This document shows, piece by piece, positions 48,801-58,607 of a stretch of DNA of 64,000 nt. The stretch is from an uncultured Desulfobacterales bacterium. GTDB taxonomy: Bacteria; Desulfobacterota; Desulfobacteria; Desulfobacterales; C00003060. The notes under the pieces are model-generated. The model did no database searches, was not told the origin of the DNA, and saw only the letters and a program-made list of their open reading frames with translations. The stretch covers positions 2,022 to 66,021 of the forward strand of contig CAYSGJ010000178.1 of NCBI GenBank assembly GCA_964430705.1, written 5' to 3'. The first letter of the stretch is position 1. Every line of letters starts with the position of its first letter. A program made the translations under genes and the position numbers.

Positions 48801-49206
48801 CTGTTATCTTGCTTGCCATGACCTCGCTCGTTTGCCTGTTCTTCGTTCCGACATATACTTTAGTCCGCCAAGCTTTTTCTGCCCCCGGATGATTCGAAGG
48901 CCGTGATTGTTTTACCCATTTTTGCTCAAAGCTGTTTTGGGTAATTCTGTGCTTTGGCGTTCAGGATTCGTGATGCATTATGCGATATTCTGAACTCCCA
49001 TGGCCGGCCCCGGCAAGTTTGCTTGAAAATTCAGCCAATACAGGTAATCTAGGCGAGAAAAACCGGGCTGTCTCTCCCGTCAAGGGAGATGCGCCAATGG
49101 TTGAAACGTCCCGGCACGGCCCCGGACCCGATGCGTCGACCGGGTTTGCCGCCCAGCCCGTGGATTGCAAACAACGGCCACCCTCAAAGCGTGGAAAACA
49201 CCGAAC

Positions 49207-50118
49207 ATGGATTACGTCATTGAAGCCAAAGATTTGAAAAAAACATTCGGCGACTTCGTTGCCGTAAACGGCATTTCCTTTCATGTATTGCCGGGCGAAT
49301 GTTTCGGCATTCTGGGACCGAACGGGGCCGGCAAGACATCCACCATCCGGATGATCTACAATTTGTCTCCGGTAACCGCCGGGACCCTGAAGGTCTTTGG
49401 CCTGCCCATGGATCAGGAATGGCGAACCATCAAATCGCGGATCGGGGTGTGTCAGCAGGAAAACACGCTGGATCCTGATTTGTCCGTTGAACAGAATCTG
49501 GAAATCTTTGCGCGTTACTTCAATATCGACAAAAGACAGGCTCAAAAAAGGGCAAGAGACTTATTGGCTTTTTTTGGCCTGGATTATCGAAAAACCGCCC
49601 GGGTCACCGAACTTTCCGGCGGCATGGTCCGCCGGCTGGTGTTGGCCCGCGCCCTGATCAACCAACCGGATCTCCTCATTCTCGATGAACCCACCACGGG
49701 CCTCGATCCCCAATCCAGGCATCAGGTCTGGGAACGTCTGGAGGAGCTCCGATCACAGGGCCTCACGGTCTTGCTGACGACACACTATATGGACGAGGCC
49801 TCCCGCCTTTGCGATCGGCTTGTCATCGTGGATCATGGCCGTATTCTGGTAGAGGGAAAGCCGGAGGCATTGATCAAAGAACACGTAGGCCGGGATGTCA
49901 TTGAAGTTGCCGGGCCAAGCGATGACTTGAGAAACTTTATACGGTCTCAGCCGATGACCCACGAAGACCTGGGACACCGGCTGATTATCTATGGTCAGGA
50001 AAGTAACCAACTATTTCACAAAATAACCGGCACGTTCTGCGAAGAAGAATGCGCTTTGCGCACGGCCACGCTGGAAGATGTCTTTTTAAAACTGACCGGC
50101 AGGGGCCTTCGGGAGTAG
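49207..50118 (+). CDS. ABC-2-type exporter ATP-binding protein (NodI/DrrA-like)
   Basis: Walker A GPNGAGKTS, signature LSGGMVRR, Walker B LLILDEPT. The start is trimmed to MDYVIEAKDL. Confidence 0.9.
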   Translation: MDYVIEAKDLKKTFGDFVAVNGISFHVLPGECFGILGPNGAGKTSTIRMIYNLSPVTAGTLKVFGLPMDQEWRTIKSRIGVCQQENTLDPDLSVEQNLEIFARYFNIDKRQAQKRARDLLAFFGLDYRKTARVTELSGGMVRRLVLARALINQPDLLILDEPTTGLDPQSRHQVWERLEELRSQGLTVLLTTHYMDEASRLCDRLVIVDHGRILVEGKPEALIKEHVGRDVIEVAGPSDDLRNFIRSQPMTHEDLGHRLIIYGQESNQLFHKITGTFCEEECALRTATLEDVFLKLTGRGLRE

Positions 50119-50147
50119 AGAATCCAGGTGTAGAGGATGAAAACTGT

Positions 50148-50278
50148 CGAATATCGAACTCTGAATATCGAATGTTGAAGGAAACACTTCGTGATTCTGC
50201 AGTTCAGTATTCGATATTGGATATTCTAAAACGTTGGTGAGTTCACGGTCGCACTTCACAAATGCGAAACACCGTGAA
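50148..50278. repeat. structured spacer: GAATATCGAA direct/inverted repeats plus a second hairpin
   Basis: GAATATCGAA occurs twice (50150-50159, 50163-50172), with inverted copies TTCGATATTGGATATTC (50210-50226). A separate 8-bp stem TTCACGGT...ACCGTGAA spans 50243-50278. Confidence 0.6.
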
Positions 50279-50300
50279 TCGAGGAAAGGACGTCCCTTCC

Positions 50301-51074
50301 ATGCGTATTTCCAGGCGCTTTGTCCGGGTGTGGCAACGAAACCTTACTGTATACCAGAGAATCTGGAAGACGGTCTTTCTTCCGCCCTTGCTGGAACCCC
50401 TTTTCTATCTGGCGGCCTTTGGGGTAGGATTGAGCGTGCTTGTGGGCAGCATCGGGTATCAAGGGGAGCAGGTTTCCTATACGGCGTTTATCGCCCCGGC
50501 GCTTATTGCCATCAACATCATGCAGAACGCCTTTTTTGAAACCACCTATGCGTCGTTCGTGAGGATGTATTATCAAAAAACCTTTGACGCCATGATGGCC
50601 ACCCCCCTTTGTCTGGAAGAAATCATGACGGGAGAAATCGTCTGGGGAGCCACCAAATCCGTGCTGGCCACGGTCATCATGCAGGGGGTCATCAGCCTTT
50701 TTGGTCTCATTGCATACCCGCAAGGCCTGCTGATTATTCCCGTGGCCTTTTTAGGCGGCATGGCCTTTGCGTCCATCGGTCTGTTTTTCACGGGCACCGT
50801 TCGGGCTATTGAGGCCTTCAACCTGCCGATCTTTTTGTTTGTCACCCCCATGTTTCTTTTCAGCGGAACCTTTTTCCCGCTGGAAAATCTGCCGCCCTGG
50901 GCCCGGACCTTTGCAGCGTTTTTTCCCCTTACCCACCTGGTAACGCTGTCTCGCTCTTTGACTTTTGGTCGTTTGGAGACAAAACTCCTGTGGAATGCAG
51001 CTTACTTGCTCGTGTTTTCCATTGTATTCTTTTTTCTTGCCATCAACACAATGCGTCGCCGACTGGTCACATAG
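50301..51074 (+). CDS. ABC-2-type exporter permease (NodJ-like)
   Basis: 6-TM ABC-2 membrane protein. The N-terminus RRFVRVWQRNL is typical. An alternative ATG lies at 50262. Confidence 0.85.
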   Translation: MRISRRFVRVWQRNLTVYQRIWKTVFLPPLLEPLFYLAAFGVGLSVLVGSIGYQGEQVSYTAFIAPALIAINIMQNAFFETTYASFVRMYYQKTFDAMMATPLCLEEIMTGEIVWGATKSVLATVIMQGVISLFGLIAYPQGLLIIPVAFLGGMAFASIGLFFTGTVRAIEAFNLPIFLFVTPMFLFSGTFFPLENLPPWARTFAAFFPLTHLVTLSRSLTFGRLETKLLWNAAYLLVFSIVFFFLAINTMRRRLVT

Positions 51075-51335
51075 CAAGGTTATCGCTCTTCCAAACCCTT
51101 CAGCAATATTTGAAGACATGGACACAACCAATCTGGATATGAGCCAAAAAAGATGATCTCCTAGCCGCCATACGAACCATCAACCTCCGGCAAAATCCAC
51201 AGACGGTGCGTCCGTATTTCGCCCGGTGATTGAAATAGTTTTTCTTTTATGATAAACGGTCCGTCGCATCGTGAAAGATGGACAAATGTGAATGGGTTCA
51301 AACCATCAACCAACAGGTAAAAGGAGGAGGACATC

Positions 51336-52508
51336 ATGAAGAAGCTGTTTGCGATCTTGGTACCGATGGTCGTGTTAACCCTGGTTTTCGCGCCCCCTGC
51401 ATTGTGCAGGAAAAACGTCGTCAAGATCGGGATCAACGCCCCCATGACCGGCGACATTCCCAAGGTAGGAGAAGGGAGCAAATTCGCAGGGCAGATGTGG
51501 CTTGAAGACATCAAGAAAGCCGGAGGTCTTAAGGTCGGCGACAAAACCTACGATGTCGAACTGGTGATCGAAGACAACGAATCCAAGGCGGAATCGGCCG
51601 TGAAGGCCAATACCAAGATGATCACGGAAGACGAGGTCCTGGCCATCGTGGGGCCCCAATCCTCTAAGCAGGCGGTGCCTGCCGGCGATGTGGCAAATAA
51701 TTACAAAACCCCGATGATCAGTCCCTGGTCTACGAATCCGGACACGACCAGCGATCGACCCTTTGTGTTCCGCGGCTGCTTTCTGGATCCTTTCCAGGGG
51801 CCGGTGTTGGCTAATTTCATCACGGAAGAGTTCGGATTTAAAAAAGCCGCCGTCCTGTACGACGTGGCCAGTGATTATCCCAAGGGGCTGGCCGAGTTTT
51901 TTAAGCAGGCATGGGAAGACCTGCACGGCAAGGGTTCCGTAGTGGCTTTTGAAAGCTTTACCACCAAGGATACGGATTTCAGTTCCCAGTTGACAAAGAT
52001 CAACCAGTCGGGCGCTGAAGTGCTTTTTACGCCACAATACTATAATGAAGTGGCCTTGATCGTCCAACAGGCCCATGAGCTGGGCTGGAAGAAGCCGATC
52101 GTGGGAAGTGATAGCTGGGGTTCGGCAGAAACGGTCAAACTTTGCGGTGAAGCCTGTTATGGGCTGTTTTTCAGCACCCACTATGCGGCGGCCGGCGCCA
52201 CGGGGGCAACCAAAACCTTTATTGACCGCTATAAAGAGAAATACGGGTATGTGCCCGATGACGTCGGCGCACTGACCTGGGACGCATTGAGGATCGTCCA
52301 GACAGCCATCGAGTCCTGCGGCAACCTGACGGGAAATATCGAAAAAGATCGCCAATGTGTCCGCGATGCCCTGGCTAAGATCAAGGCCTTTGACGGCATT
52401 ACCGGAAAAATGACGTTTACGGAAGACGGTGATCCCATCAAGTGCGCCGTTATTGTCAGGATCAGTGACAAGGGCGAGTTTGAGTTCTACAAGTCCGTGT
52501 GTCCCTAA
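51336..52508 (+). CDS. branched-chain/hydrophobic amino-acid ABC substrate-binding protein (LivK-type)
   Basis: Signal peptide, then a type-I periplasmic-binding fold (VKIGINAPMTGD...). Followed by livHMGF-type genes. Confidence 0.9.
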   Translation: MKKLFAILVPMVVLTLVFAPPALCRKNVVKIGINAPMTGDIPKVGEGSKFAGQMWLEDIKKAGGLKVGDKTYDVELVIEDNESKAESAVKANTKMITEDEVLAIVGPQSSKQAVPAGDVANNYKTPMISPWSTNPDTTSDRPFVFRGCFLDPFQGPVLANFITEEFGFKKAAVLYDVASDYPKGLAEFFKQAWEDLHGKGSVVAFESFTTKDTDFSSQLTKINQSGAEVLFTPQYYNEVALIVQQAHELGWKKPIVGSDSWGSAETVKLCGEACYGLFFSTHYAAAGATGATKTFIDRYKEKYGYVPDDVGALTWDALRIVQTAIESCGNLTGNIEKDRQCVRDALAKIKAFDGITGKMTFTEDGDPIKCAVIVRISDKGEFEFYKSVCP

Positions 52509-52639
52509 GGCCGAAAAAGTCCTTTTCTGTTTGCCATAGGCGATCGCACACAAGCCGATACAGGAATCGTATGCCGGGCGTCGGCGTCTTCGCCGGCGCT
52601 TGGCCATCCGGGAAACAGGGGCCAAGACTCCGCATACAG

Positions 52640-52687
52640 ACGGGCGGGCCGGGTGGCGCAAAGCCGGCCGGACCGCCCGTTTTTATT
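52640..52687 (+). terminator. rho-independent terminator/attenuator after the binding-protein gene
   Basis: ACGGGCGG (52640-52647) pairs with CCGCCCGT (52673-52680), followed by TTTTATT. Confidence 0.55.
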
Positions 52688-52716
52688 ACCCGGATATTTA
52701 CTGAGACCATGCCATC

Positions 52717-53640
52717 ATGACATTTTTTTTCCAGAACGTGATCAACGCCCTCCAGTGGGGAAGCTTCTACGCCCTCATCGCACTGGGATACTCCATGGTC
52801 TACAGTATCCTCATGTTGTTCAATTTTGCCCATGGCGACATCTTCATGGTGGGCGCCTACATCGGCTTCGGCGTAGCAACGGGCCTGACAGCGCTGGCAT
52901 CCATGGGCGCCCTGGCACTTCCAAATTGGATCATCCTGGTGTTGACCATTTTCATTTCCATGTTCCTCACCTCTTTTGTCGGTATGGCCGTAGAAAGGCT
53001 CGGGTACAGGCCTTTGCGTGAAGCCCCCCGTGCTTCTGCCGCCATCACAGGCCTGATGATCGGCATCATATTGGAAACGGGCAACCTGGCCCTTTTGGGC
53101 GCCCAGCGAATCAGCTTTCCTCCCTTGATCGAATCGGTGACCTACAATGTGGGCGGGGTATTTGTAACAAACAAAAAGATCATGATTGTCATCGTCTCGG
53201 TGACCATGATGATAGCCCTTCACCAGTTCATAAAGAGAACCAGGTGGGGAATGGCCATGCGCGCCATGGCTTTTGACTATGTGGTCGTCCCCCTGATGGG
53301 TGTGTCCATAAACACCATTGCGGCCCTGACTTTTGCCATAGGCTCGGCACTGGCAGCGGTGGCGGGCATCCTTTTTGGTGTGGCCTATCCGGTCTTGGAC
53401 CCTTATATGGGGATCGTTTTTGGATGGAAGGCCTTTGTGGCGGCTATTCTGGGCGGAAGGGGCTCTGTGTTGGGGGCCACCCTGGCGGGCTTTTTGCTCG
53501 GATTCATTGAAATCTTCGTAGCCATGATATTCCCGTCCACGTTGCGCGACCTGATTGCCTATTCGATTATTTTACTCATTTTGGTGTTCAGACCTCACGG
53601 CTTTTTCGGCGAGGCCTATAGTGCGCGTTTGCGGTTATAG
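52717..53640 (+). CDS. livH: branched-chain amino-acid ABC permease
   Basis: 307 aa LivH-type permease (FAHGDIFMVGAY). Confidence 0.92.
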   Translation: MTFFFQNVINALQWGSFYALIALGYSMVYSILMLFNFAHGDIFMVGAYIGFGVATGLTALASMGALALPNWIILVLTIFISMFLTSFVGMAVERLGYRPLREAPRASAAITGLMIGIILETGNLALLGAQRISFPPLIESVTYNVGGVFVTNKKIMIVIVSVTMMIALHQFIKRTRWGMAMRAMAFDYVVVPLMGVSINTIAALTFAIGSALAAVAGILFGVAYPVLDPYMGIVFGWKAFVAAILGGRGSVLGATLAGFLLGFIEIFVAMIFPSTLRDLIAYSIILLILVFRPHGFFGEAYSARLRL

Positions 53641-53670
53641 GGCCCGTTGGAGGTTATAGGAATTGATTAG

Positions 53671-54966
53671 ATGGAAGACGGACACGAAGTTAAAGGCCGG
53701 GTCAAAACCAAGATAGGGCGGATATTCGGGCAGGTCCCCCTTCTGGGCTGGCTCTTCGGTTGCCTGGTTGCCGTCACACTGGAACAAGTCGTGGGATACG
53801 AATTGGCGGGAATCTTTGGGATGTCCCGAGTTCCCGTCTTGTTCGGGTTTGTCAACATGCTCAAAAAACCCTTGATGATGCCCGGTTCCCTGGCCTTCGT
53901 GTTGCTCATATACGTTCTGCCCATATGTATGGTGGCCCGTTTGAGCGCCCCCTTGACCAACAGGGTGGCAGAAAGGCTCCTGCACCTTCCCACCATCTTC
54001 CCAACGCTCATTCACCTGGGGTTGCTGTATCTGATCCTGCATCTTTGGTCCGATATGAGCGCATACCGGGATCTGACCCTCAGGCTGACCCTTATAGCAA
54101 TCATGCTCACCCTGAGCGTCAACGTGATCAACGGATACATGGGCGAGTTTTCCTGTTCCCACCCCGGATTCATGGCTTTGGGGGCTTATGCCGCCTCGGT
54201 CTTCACCCTGACTCTTTTTGCCGACGACAAGTTTTTCGGCGAAGCCGTCCTGCCCGCGGGACTGGGACCGTTCTTATTCCCCTTGGGACTGGTTCTGGCG
54301 GGTGTTGTTGCCGCCATGGGGGCCCTGGTCATTGCCATCCCGTCGTTTAGGACAAGAGGCGACTATCTGGCGATTATATCTCTGGCGTTCATGTTCATCG
54401 TCAAAAGCATGATCGAAAACCTGGAGGTCGTGGGAGGCCCCCGGGGATTGAGCAGCCACCCCAACTGGGCCAACCTGCCCACGGTGTTTTTATGGACCGT
54501 GGCCTGTGTGTGGATTATCAATAATTTTGTCCGCTCCATTTTCGGAAAAGCGCTGAACGCAGTCCGAGACGACGAGACGGCCGCCAACGCCATGACGGTC
54601 AACACCAGGCGGACAAAGATCGTGGCGTTCATGTTTGGGGCCTTCTGGGCAGGCGTGGCGGGAGGCCTTTTTGCCCATGTGCTCAGATATGTCAATCCCA
54701 GCACCTTCGGTCTGCAAAAGCTGGCTGAGATCCTGGCCATGGTTTATTTTGGCGGGCTCAATTCGGTCTACGGCTCTATCGTGGGCGCCGTGAGCTTGAG
54801 CCTTCTCGGCGAGGTCCTCCGACCCCTGGAAATCTTTAAATGGATCATCATCCCTCTGCTGCTCATCCTTGTTATGATCTTTAGGCCTACCGGGCTCATC
54901 GCGTTTAAGGAATTCGACGTCAAGCACATCATGAGGGCCAGGAACAAGGCAAAGGAAAAGGTGTGA
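53671..54966 (+). CDS. livM: branched-chain amino-acid ABC permease
   Basis: 431 aa LivM-type permease with an extended N-terminus. Confidence 0.9.
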   Translation: MEDGHEVKGRVKTKIGRIFGQVPLLGWLFGCLVAVTLEQVVGYELAGIFGMSRVPVLFGFVNMLKKPLMMPGSLAFVLLIYVLPICMVARLSAPLTNRVAERLLHLPTIFPTLIHLGLLYLILHLWSDMSAYRDLTLRLTLIAIMLTLSVNVINGYMGEFSCSHPGFMALGAYAASVFTLTLFADDKFFGEAVLPAGLGPFLFPLGLVLAGVVAAMGALVIAIPSFRTRGDYLAIISLAFMFIVKSMIENLEVVGGPRGLSSHPNWANLPTVFLWTVACVWIINNFVRSIFGKALNAVRDDETAANAMTVNTRRTKIVAFMFGAFWAGVAGGLFAHVLRYVNPSTFGLQKLAEILAMVYFGGLNSVYGSIVGAVSLSLLGEVLRPLEIFKWIIIPLLLILVMIFRPTGLIAFKEFDVKHIMRARNKAKEKV

Positions 54967-54968
54967 CA

Positions 54969-55739
54969 ATGGCATTGCTGCAGGTGAAAGGCATGGCCCA
55001 CGACTTCGGGGGCTTGAGGGCGGTCAACAATTACAACCTTCATGTGGAGTCCGGCGACATTCGGGGATTGATCGGACCCAATGGCGCGGGCAAGACCACT
55101 ATCTTTAACCTCATTACCGGTATTTACAGGCCGACAGAGGGATCCATCACCTTTGCCGGTAAAAGCATTGTAGGGCTTCAGCCCTACCAGATTGCCTCTA
55201 TGGGAATCAGCAGGACTTTTCAGAACCTCCTGTTGTGGCGACACATGACCGTCCTGGAACATGTAAAAATGGCCCAGTATTCCAAGCTTACCTACGGATT
55301 GTTCGGCGCTTTTTTCGGTTCCACCAAACGCAATAGACAGGAGGCTGAAGCAGAAAAGAAGGCATACGAACTGCTCGATATGGTCGGTGTTCGGCGTTTT
55401 GCGGATCACATGGTGGTAAATCTTCCTTACGGCGCCCAAAGACGGGTGGAAATGGCTCGGGCCTTGGCTACAGACCCAAAGGTGCTTTTTTTGGATGAAC
55501 CCACTGCCGGGATGAACCCTGAAGAGCTGGTGCAGATGATGCACATCATCAGGAAAATCCACAAAAAGCTGGGGCTGGCCATTTTTCTTATCGAACATCG
55601 GTTGAAAATGGTTATGGAGCTTTGCCGGGTGGTGCAGACGTTGGTCTTTGGCGAGGTCATCGCAGAGGGCACTCCGGAGGAAATCCAGGGCGATCCCAAA
55701 GTCATAGAAGCCTATTTGGGCAAGGAGATGGTTCACTGA
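54969..55739 (+). CDS. livG: branched-chain amino-acid ABC ATP-binding protein
   Basis: Walker A GPNGAGKTT, LPYGAQRRVE, Walker B LFLDEPTAG, and the C-terminal LivG motif. Confidence 0.92.
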   Translation: MALLQVKGMAHDFGGLRAVNNYNLHVESGDIRGLIGPNGAGKTTIFNLITGIYRPTEGSITFAGKSIVGLQPYQIASMGISRTFQNLLLWRHMTVLEHVKMAQYSKLTYGLFGAFFGSTKRNRQEAEAEKKAYELLDMVGVRRFADHMVVNLPYGAQRRVEMARALATDPKVLFLDEPTAGMNPEELVQMMHIIRKIHKKLGLAIFLIEHRLKMVMELCRVVQTLVFGEVIAEGTPEEIQGDPKVIEAYLGKEMVH

Positions 55740-56449
55740 TGTTGTTGTCTGTGGAAAACCTGCGCGTTTCTTACGGTAACATCAAAGCGTTGCACGGCAT
55801 CAGTTTTCAGATCGACGAAGGCGAAATCGTTTGTATTATCGGGGCTAACGGGGCCGGCAAGAGCACGACGTTAAAGGCTATTTCCCGCCTCATTCCCGTC
55901 AAACCGGGAACCAGGATGACTTTCATGGGCAAGGATCTGCTCAAGTATTCCGCCGATAAAGTGGTCAGCAAGCTCGGACTGTCCCATGTCCCGGAGGGCA
56001 GAAGGCTGTTTGGCAACTTGACGGTGATGGAAAATCTGAAGCTGGCCACGTTTGCCAGGAAGAAAGATGACCGGATTGATCAAGACCTCGCCAGGATTTT
56101 TTCCATCTTCCCGAGGCTTGATGAAAGAAAAACGCAAAAGGCCGGCACGCTCAGTGGAGGAGAACAGCAGATGTTGGCCATCGGCAGGGCGTTCATGAGT
56201 GGACGAAAGGTCATGCTTCTGGACGAACCGTCCATGGGACTGGCGCCCTTGTTGATGCTGAACGTCTTTGAGGCCCTCAAGGAATTGAACGGAGAAGGCA
56301 CGACCATTCTCCTCGTGGAACAGAACGCCCGATTGGCGTTGCAGTTCGCTCAGCGGGGCTACGTCTTGGAAAATGGGCTCCTGGCACTGGAGGGGGCCTC
56401 GGGCGACCTTCTTGCCGATCCCGAAGTGAAGAAGGCGTACTTGGGATAA
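55739..56449 (+). CDS. livF: branched-chain amino-acid ABC ATP-binding protein
   Basis: The ATG overlaps the livG TGA. Walker A GANGAGKST, LSGGEQQML, LLDEPS. Confidence 0.92.
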   Translation: MLLSVENLRVSYGNIKALHGISFQIDEGEIVCIIGANGAGKSTTLKAISRLIPVKPGTRMTFMGKDLLKYSADKVVSKLGLSHVPEGRRLFGNLTVMENLKLATFARKKDDRIDQDLARIFSIFPRLDERKTQKAGTLSGGEQQMLAIGRAFMSGRKVMLLDEPSMGLAPLLMLNVFEALKELNGEGTTILLVEQNARLALQFAQRGYVLENGLLALEGASGDLLADPEVKKAYLG

Positions 56450-56522
56450 GGCGTGTGATCCGTGATTCGCGTATCAAGCGACATTTCGGATTCCTCCGGA
56501 GACTTGCGCCGTAAGACAACAA

Positions 56523-56665
56523 AGAGTGCCTAAAGTTTGAAGTGCCTAAAATGAGCTAAAGTTGAGGTTCGTGCCTTCGGCAAGGGCACTTCATAACTTC
56601 AGGCACTTTGGTTCATTCTAGCTCACTTTAGGCACTTTAGCTCACTTTAGCTCACTTTCAACTTC
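56523..56665. repeat. repeat-rich imperfect long hairpin (units related to GCTCACTTTAGGCACT)
   Basis: Plus-orientation CACTTT-containing units lie at 56604, 56624, 56633, 56643 and 56653 (9-10 nt phasing for the last four). Inverted units lie at 56526-56537 and 56542-56567. The central stem is GTGCC...GGCAC (56571-56589). Confidence 0.75.
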
Positions 56666-56716
56666 TACCAGTCAGGGCGCCTTGCTGACACTTTTTGCCG
56701 GATTGGATGGGATGCC

Positions 56717-58300
56717 ATGATGAGAATATTGGTTTGCGACGGCCTTCATAAAAGCGGCCTGGAGCTGCTTCGATCCGCCGAGGGAATAGACGTTGACGCC
56801 CCCGACCAGTGGAGCATGGAACAGATTGCCGATCAGATTCACCAGTACCATGCCATGGTCGTTCGAAGCAGGACCAGGGTTACCAAAGCGTTGATGGACA
56901 AGGCCGGGCAACTCAAGGTGATCGGTCGGGCCGGCACCGGGGTGGACAACATCGACATTGCCGCCGCCAGCGTCCGAGGCATTCTCGTCATGAATACGCC
57001 CGGAGCCAATGCCATGGCCGCTGCGGAGCATACCATGGCATTGATGTTCGCCCTGGCCCGCCATGTCCCGCAGGCCACCCAATCCATTCGGGAGGGCCGT
57101 TGGGACAAGAAGCGGTTCATGGGCACGGAACTCTACGAACAGACCTTGGGTATCATCGGCCTTGGACGCATCGGCACCATTGTGGCCGACCGGGCCATCG
57201 GCATGGGCATGGAGGTCATTGGACATGATCCCTATATGACCCCCGAAGCGGCCGCCATCCTCGGCGTTCACTGGGTAGAGCTGGATGCCCTTTTTGCCCG
57301 CAGCGATTTCATCACCCTGCACACCCCCCAGACTGAGGACACCACGCACATCATCAACCGGGAAACGATTGCCGGGATGCGAACCGGGGTACGAATCATC
57401 AATTGCGCCCGAGGCGGTCTTATTGATGAAGAAGCGCTTTATGAGGCCCTTCAGGACGGTCGCATCGCAGGCGCGGCTCTGGATGTTTTCTCCAAAGAGC
57501 CCCCGACGGGCAATCCCCTTGTCTCTCTGGAAAATGTGATTACCACGCCTCACCTGGGGGCATCGAGCATCCAGGCCCAGGCCAACGTGGCTCGCACCAT
57601 TGCCTCTCAGCTGGTAAGTTATCTTCAAAAAGGCATCATCCGAAACGCGGTCAACTTCCCGTCCATCAGCTCGAAGGCTTATAAAAAAATGCGGCCTTAC
57701 CTGGTGTTGGCCGAGAAACTGGGTACGCTGCAGGGCCAGTTGTGCAAACGTATCGATCGTTTGGAGATTGAATACAGTGGCCCGGAACTGGAAGAACTCC
57801 CCTTGGAACCGATTACCCAGACGGCCGTAAAAGGATTCCTCGAACCCATCTTATCAGAAAGGGTGAACCTGGTGAACGCCCCGATCCTGCTGCGGGATCG
57901 GCGGGTCGAACTCATCACGTCCAAAACATCGGAAGAACGCGGCTATACGGGTATGATCGTCGTTCGGGCCTTTGAAAAAGGACAGTGCTTTTCCGCCGCC
58001 GGAACGGTATTTCCGGGAGAAGGCGCCCGACTGATTCGGCTGAACGACTACCGCCTGGAGGCAGAGCTTGAAGGGATCAATTTGATCGTTCACAATTGGG
58101 ACAAGCCGGGCGTGATCGGACTTGTCGGCACCACTCTGGGCGAATTCAAGGTAAATATCGCCAACATGCACCTGAGCCGCACGCCGGAAAGAGACAAAGC
58201 CGTGGCGATTATTCGCATGGATGAAGAGGCCCCGGCGGAAGCCATGGAAACCCTCCAGAGACATCCCAATATCATATCGGTCCAACAAGTCCGACTATGA
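56717..58300 (+). CDS. serA: D-3-phosphoglycerate dehydrogenase (long form with ASB and ACT domains)
   Basis: NAD site GLGRIG, catalytic HLGAS, and a C-terminal ACT-like region. 527 aa. Confidence 0.95.
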   Translation: MMRILVCDGLHKSGLELLRSAEGIDVDAPDQWSMEQIADQIHQYHAMVVRSRTRVTKALMDKAGQLKVIGRAGTGVDNIDIAAASVRGILVMNTPGANAMAAAEHTMALMFALARHVPQATQSIREGRWDKKRFMGTELYEQTLGIIGLGRIGTIVADRAIGMGMEVIGHDPYMTPEAAAILGVHWVELDALFARSDFITLHTPQTEDTTHIINRETIAGMRTGVRIINCARGGLIDEEALYEALQDGRIAGAALDVFSKEPPTGNPLVSLENVITTPHLGASSIQAQANVARTIASQLVSYLQKGIIRNAVNFPSISSKAYKKMRPYLVLAEKLGTLQGQLCKRIDRLEIEYSGPELEELPLEPITQTAVKGFLEPILSERVNLVNAPILLRDRRVELITSKTSEERGYTGMIVVRAFEKGQCFSAAGTVFPGEGARLIRLNDYRLEAELEGINLIVHNWDKPGVIGLVGTTLGEFKVNIANMHLSRTPERDKAVAIIRMDEEAPAEAMETLQRHPNIISVQQVRL

Positions 58301-58607
58301 CGGCGAGGCCGGTTGCCCGAGTATTCGCTGTTTAGGACGGCAATCAACCTTTTCAAATCTTTGGTATTCTTTCGCATGTCACTCGAATCCTTGACCCCCT
58401 GCACCCTTCGGCGCCATATCTGCTCAATGGGAGACGGCTCTCTTGTTTTGCCTTAATGAACGACAATGAATCGGGATAAAAAAATTTGGAGGCCCGCCGC
58501 TGTGTGAACAATCGCCTTCAGTATTTTCGCCGAAATGCCGTTTTATGGAAGAGGGCTGACAAGCCGTTCACTGAAAAATCCTGGAAAACCGCTCACGGAG
58601 GTTCTCA

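Noticed and set aside
51375-52661. 428-aa ORF on the minus strand
   Set aside because: It is fully antisense to the LivK-type binding-protein gene, which has clear family features. The translation is Arg/Gly/Pro-rich and low in complexity, typical of a shadow ORF in GC-rich coding DNA.
54768-55736. 322-aa minus-strand ORF (a similar one lies at 56672..57628)
   Set aside because: They are antisense to livG and serA respectively. They have no motifs, and the sense-strand genes are unambiguous.
56621-56660. Tandem repeats considered as a CRISPR array
   Set aside because: The units are 9-10 nt with no spacers, and no cas genes are present in the window. The pattern is a short tandem/inverted repeat cluster.
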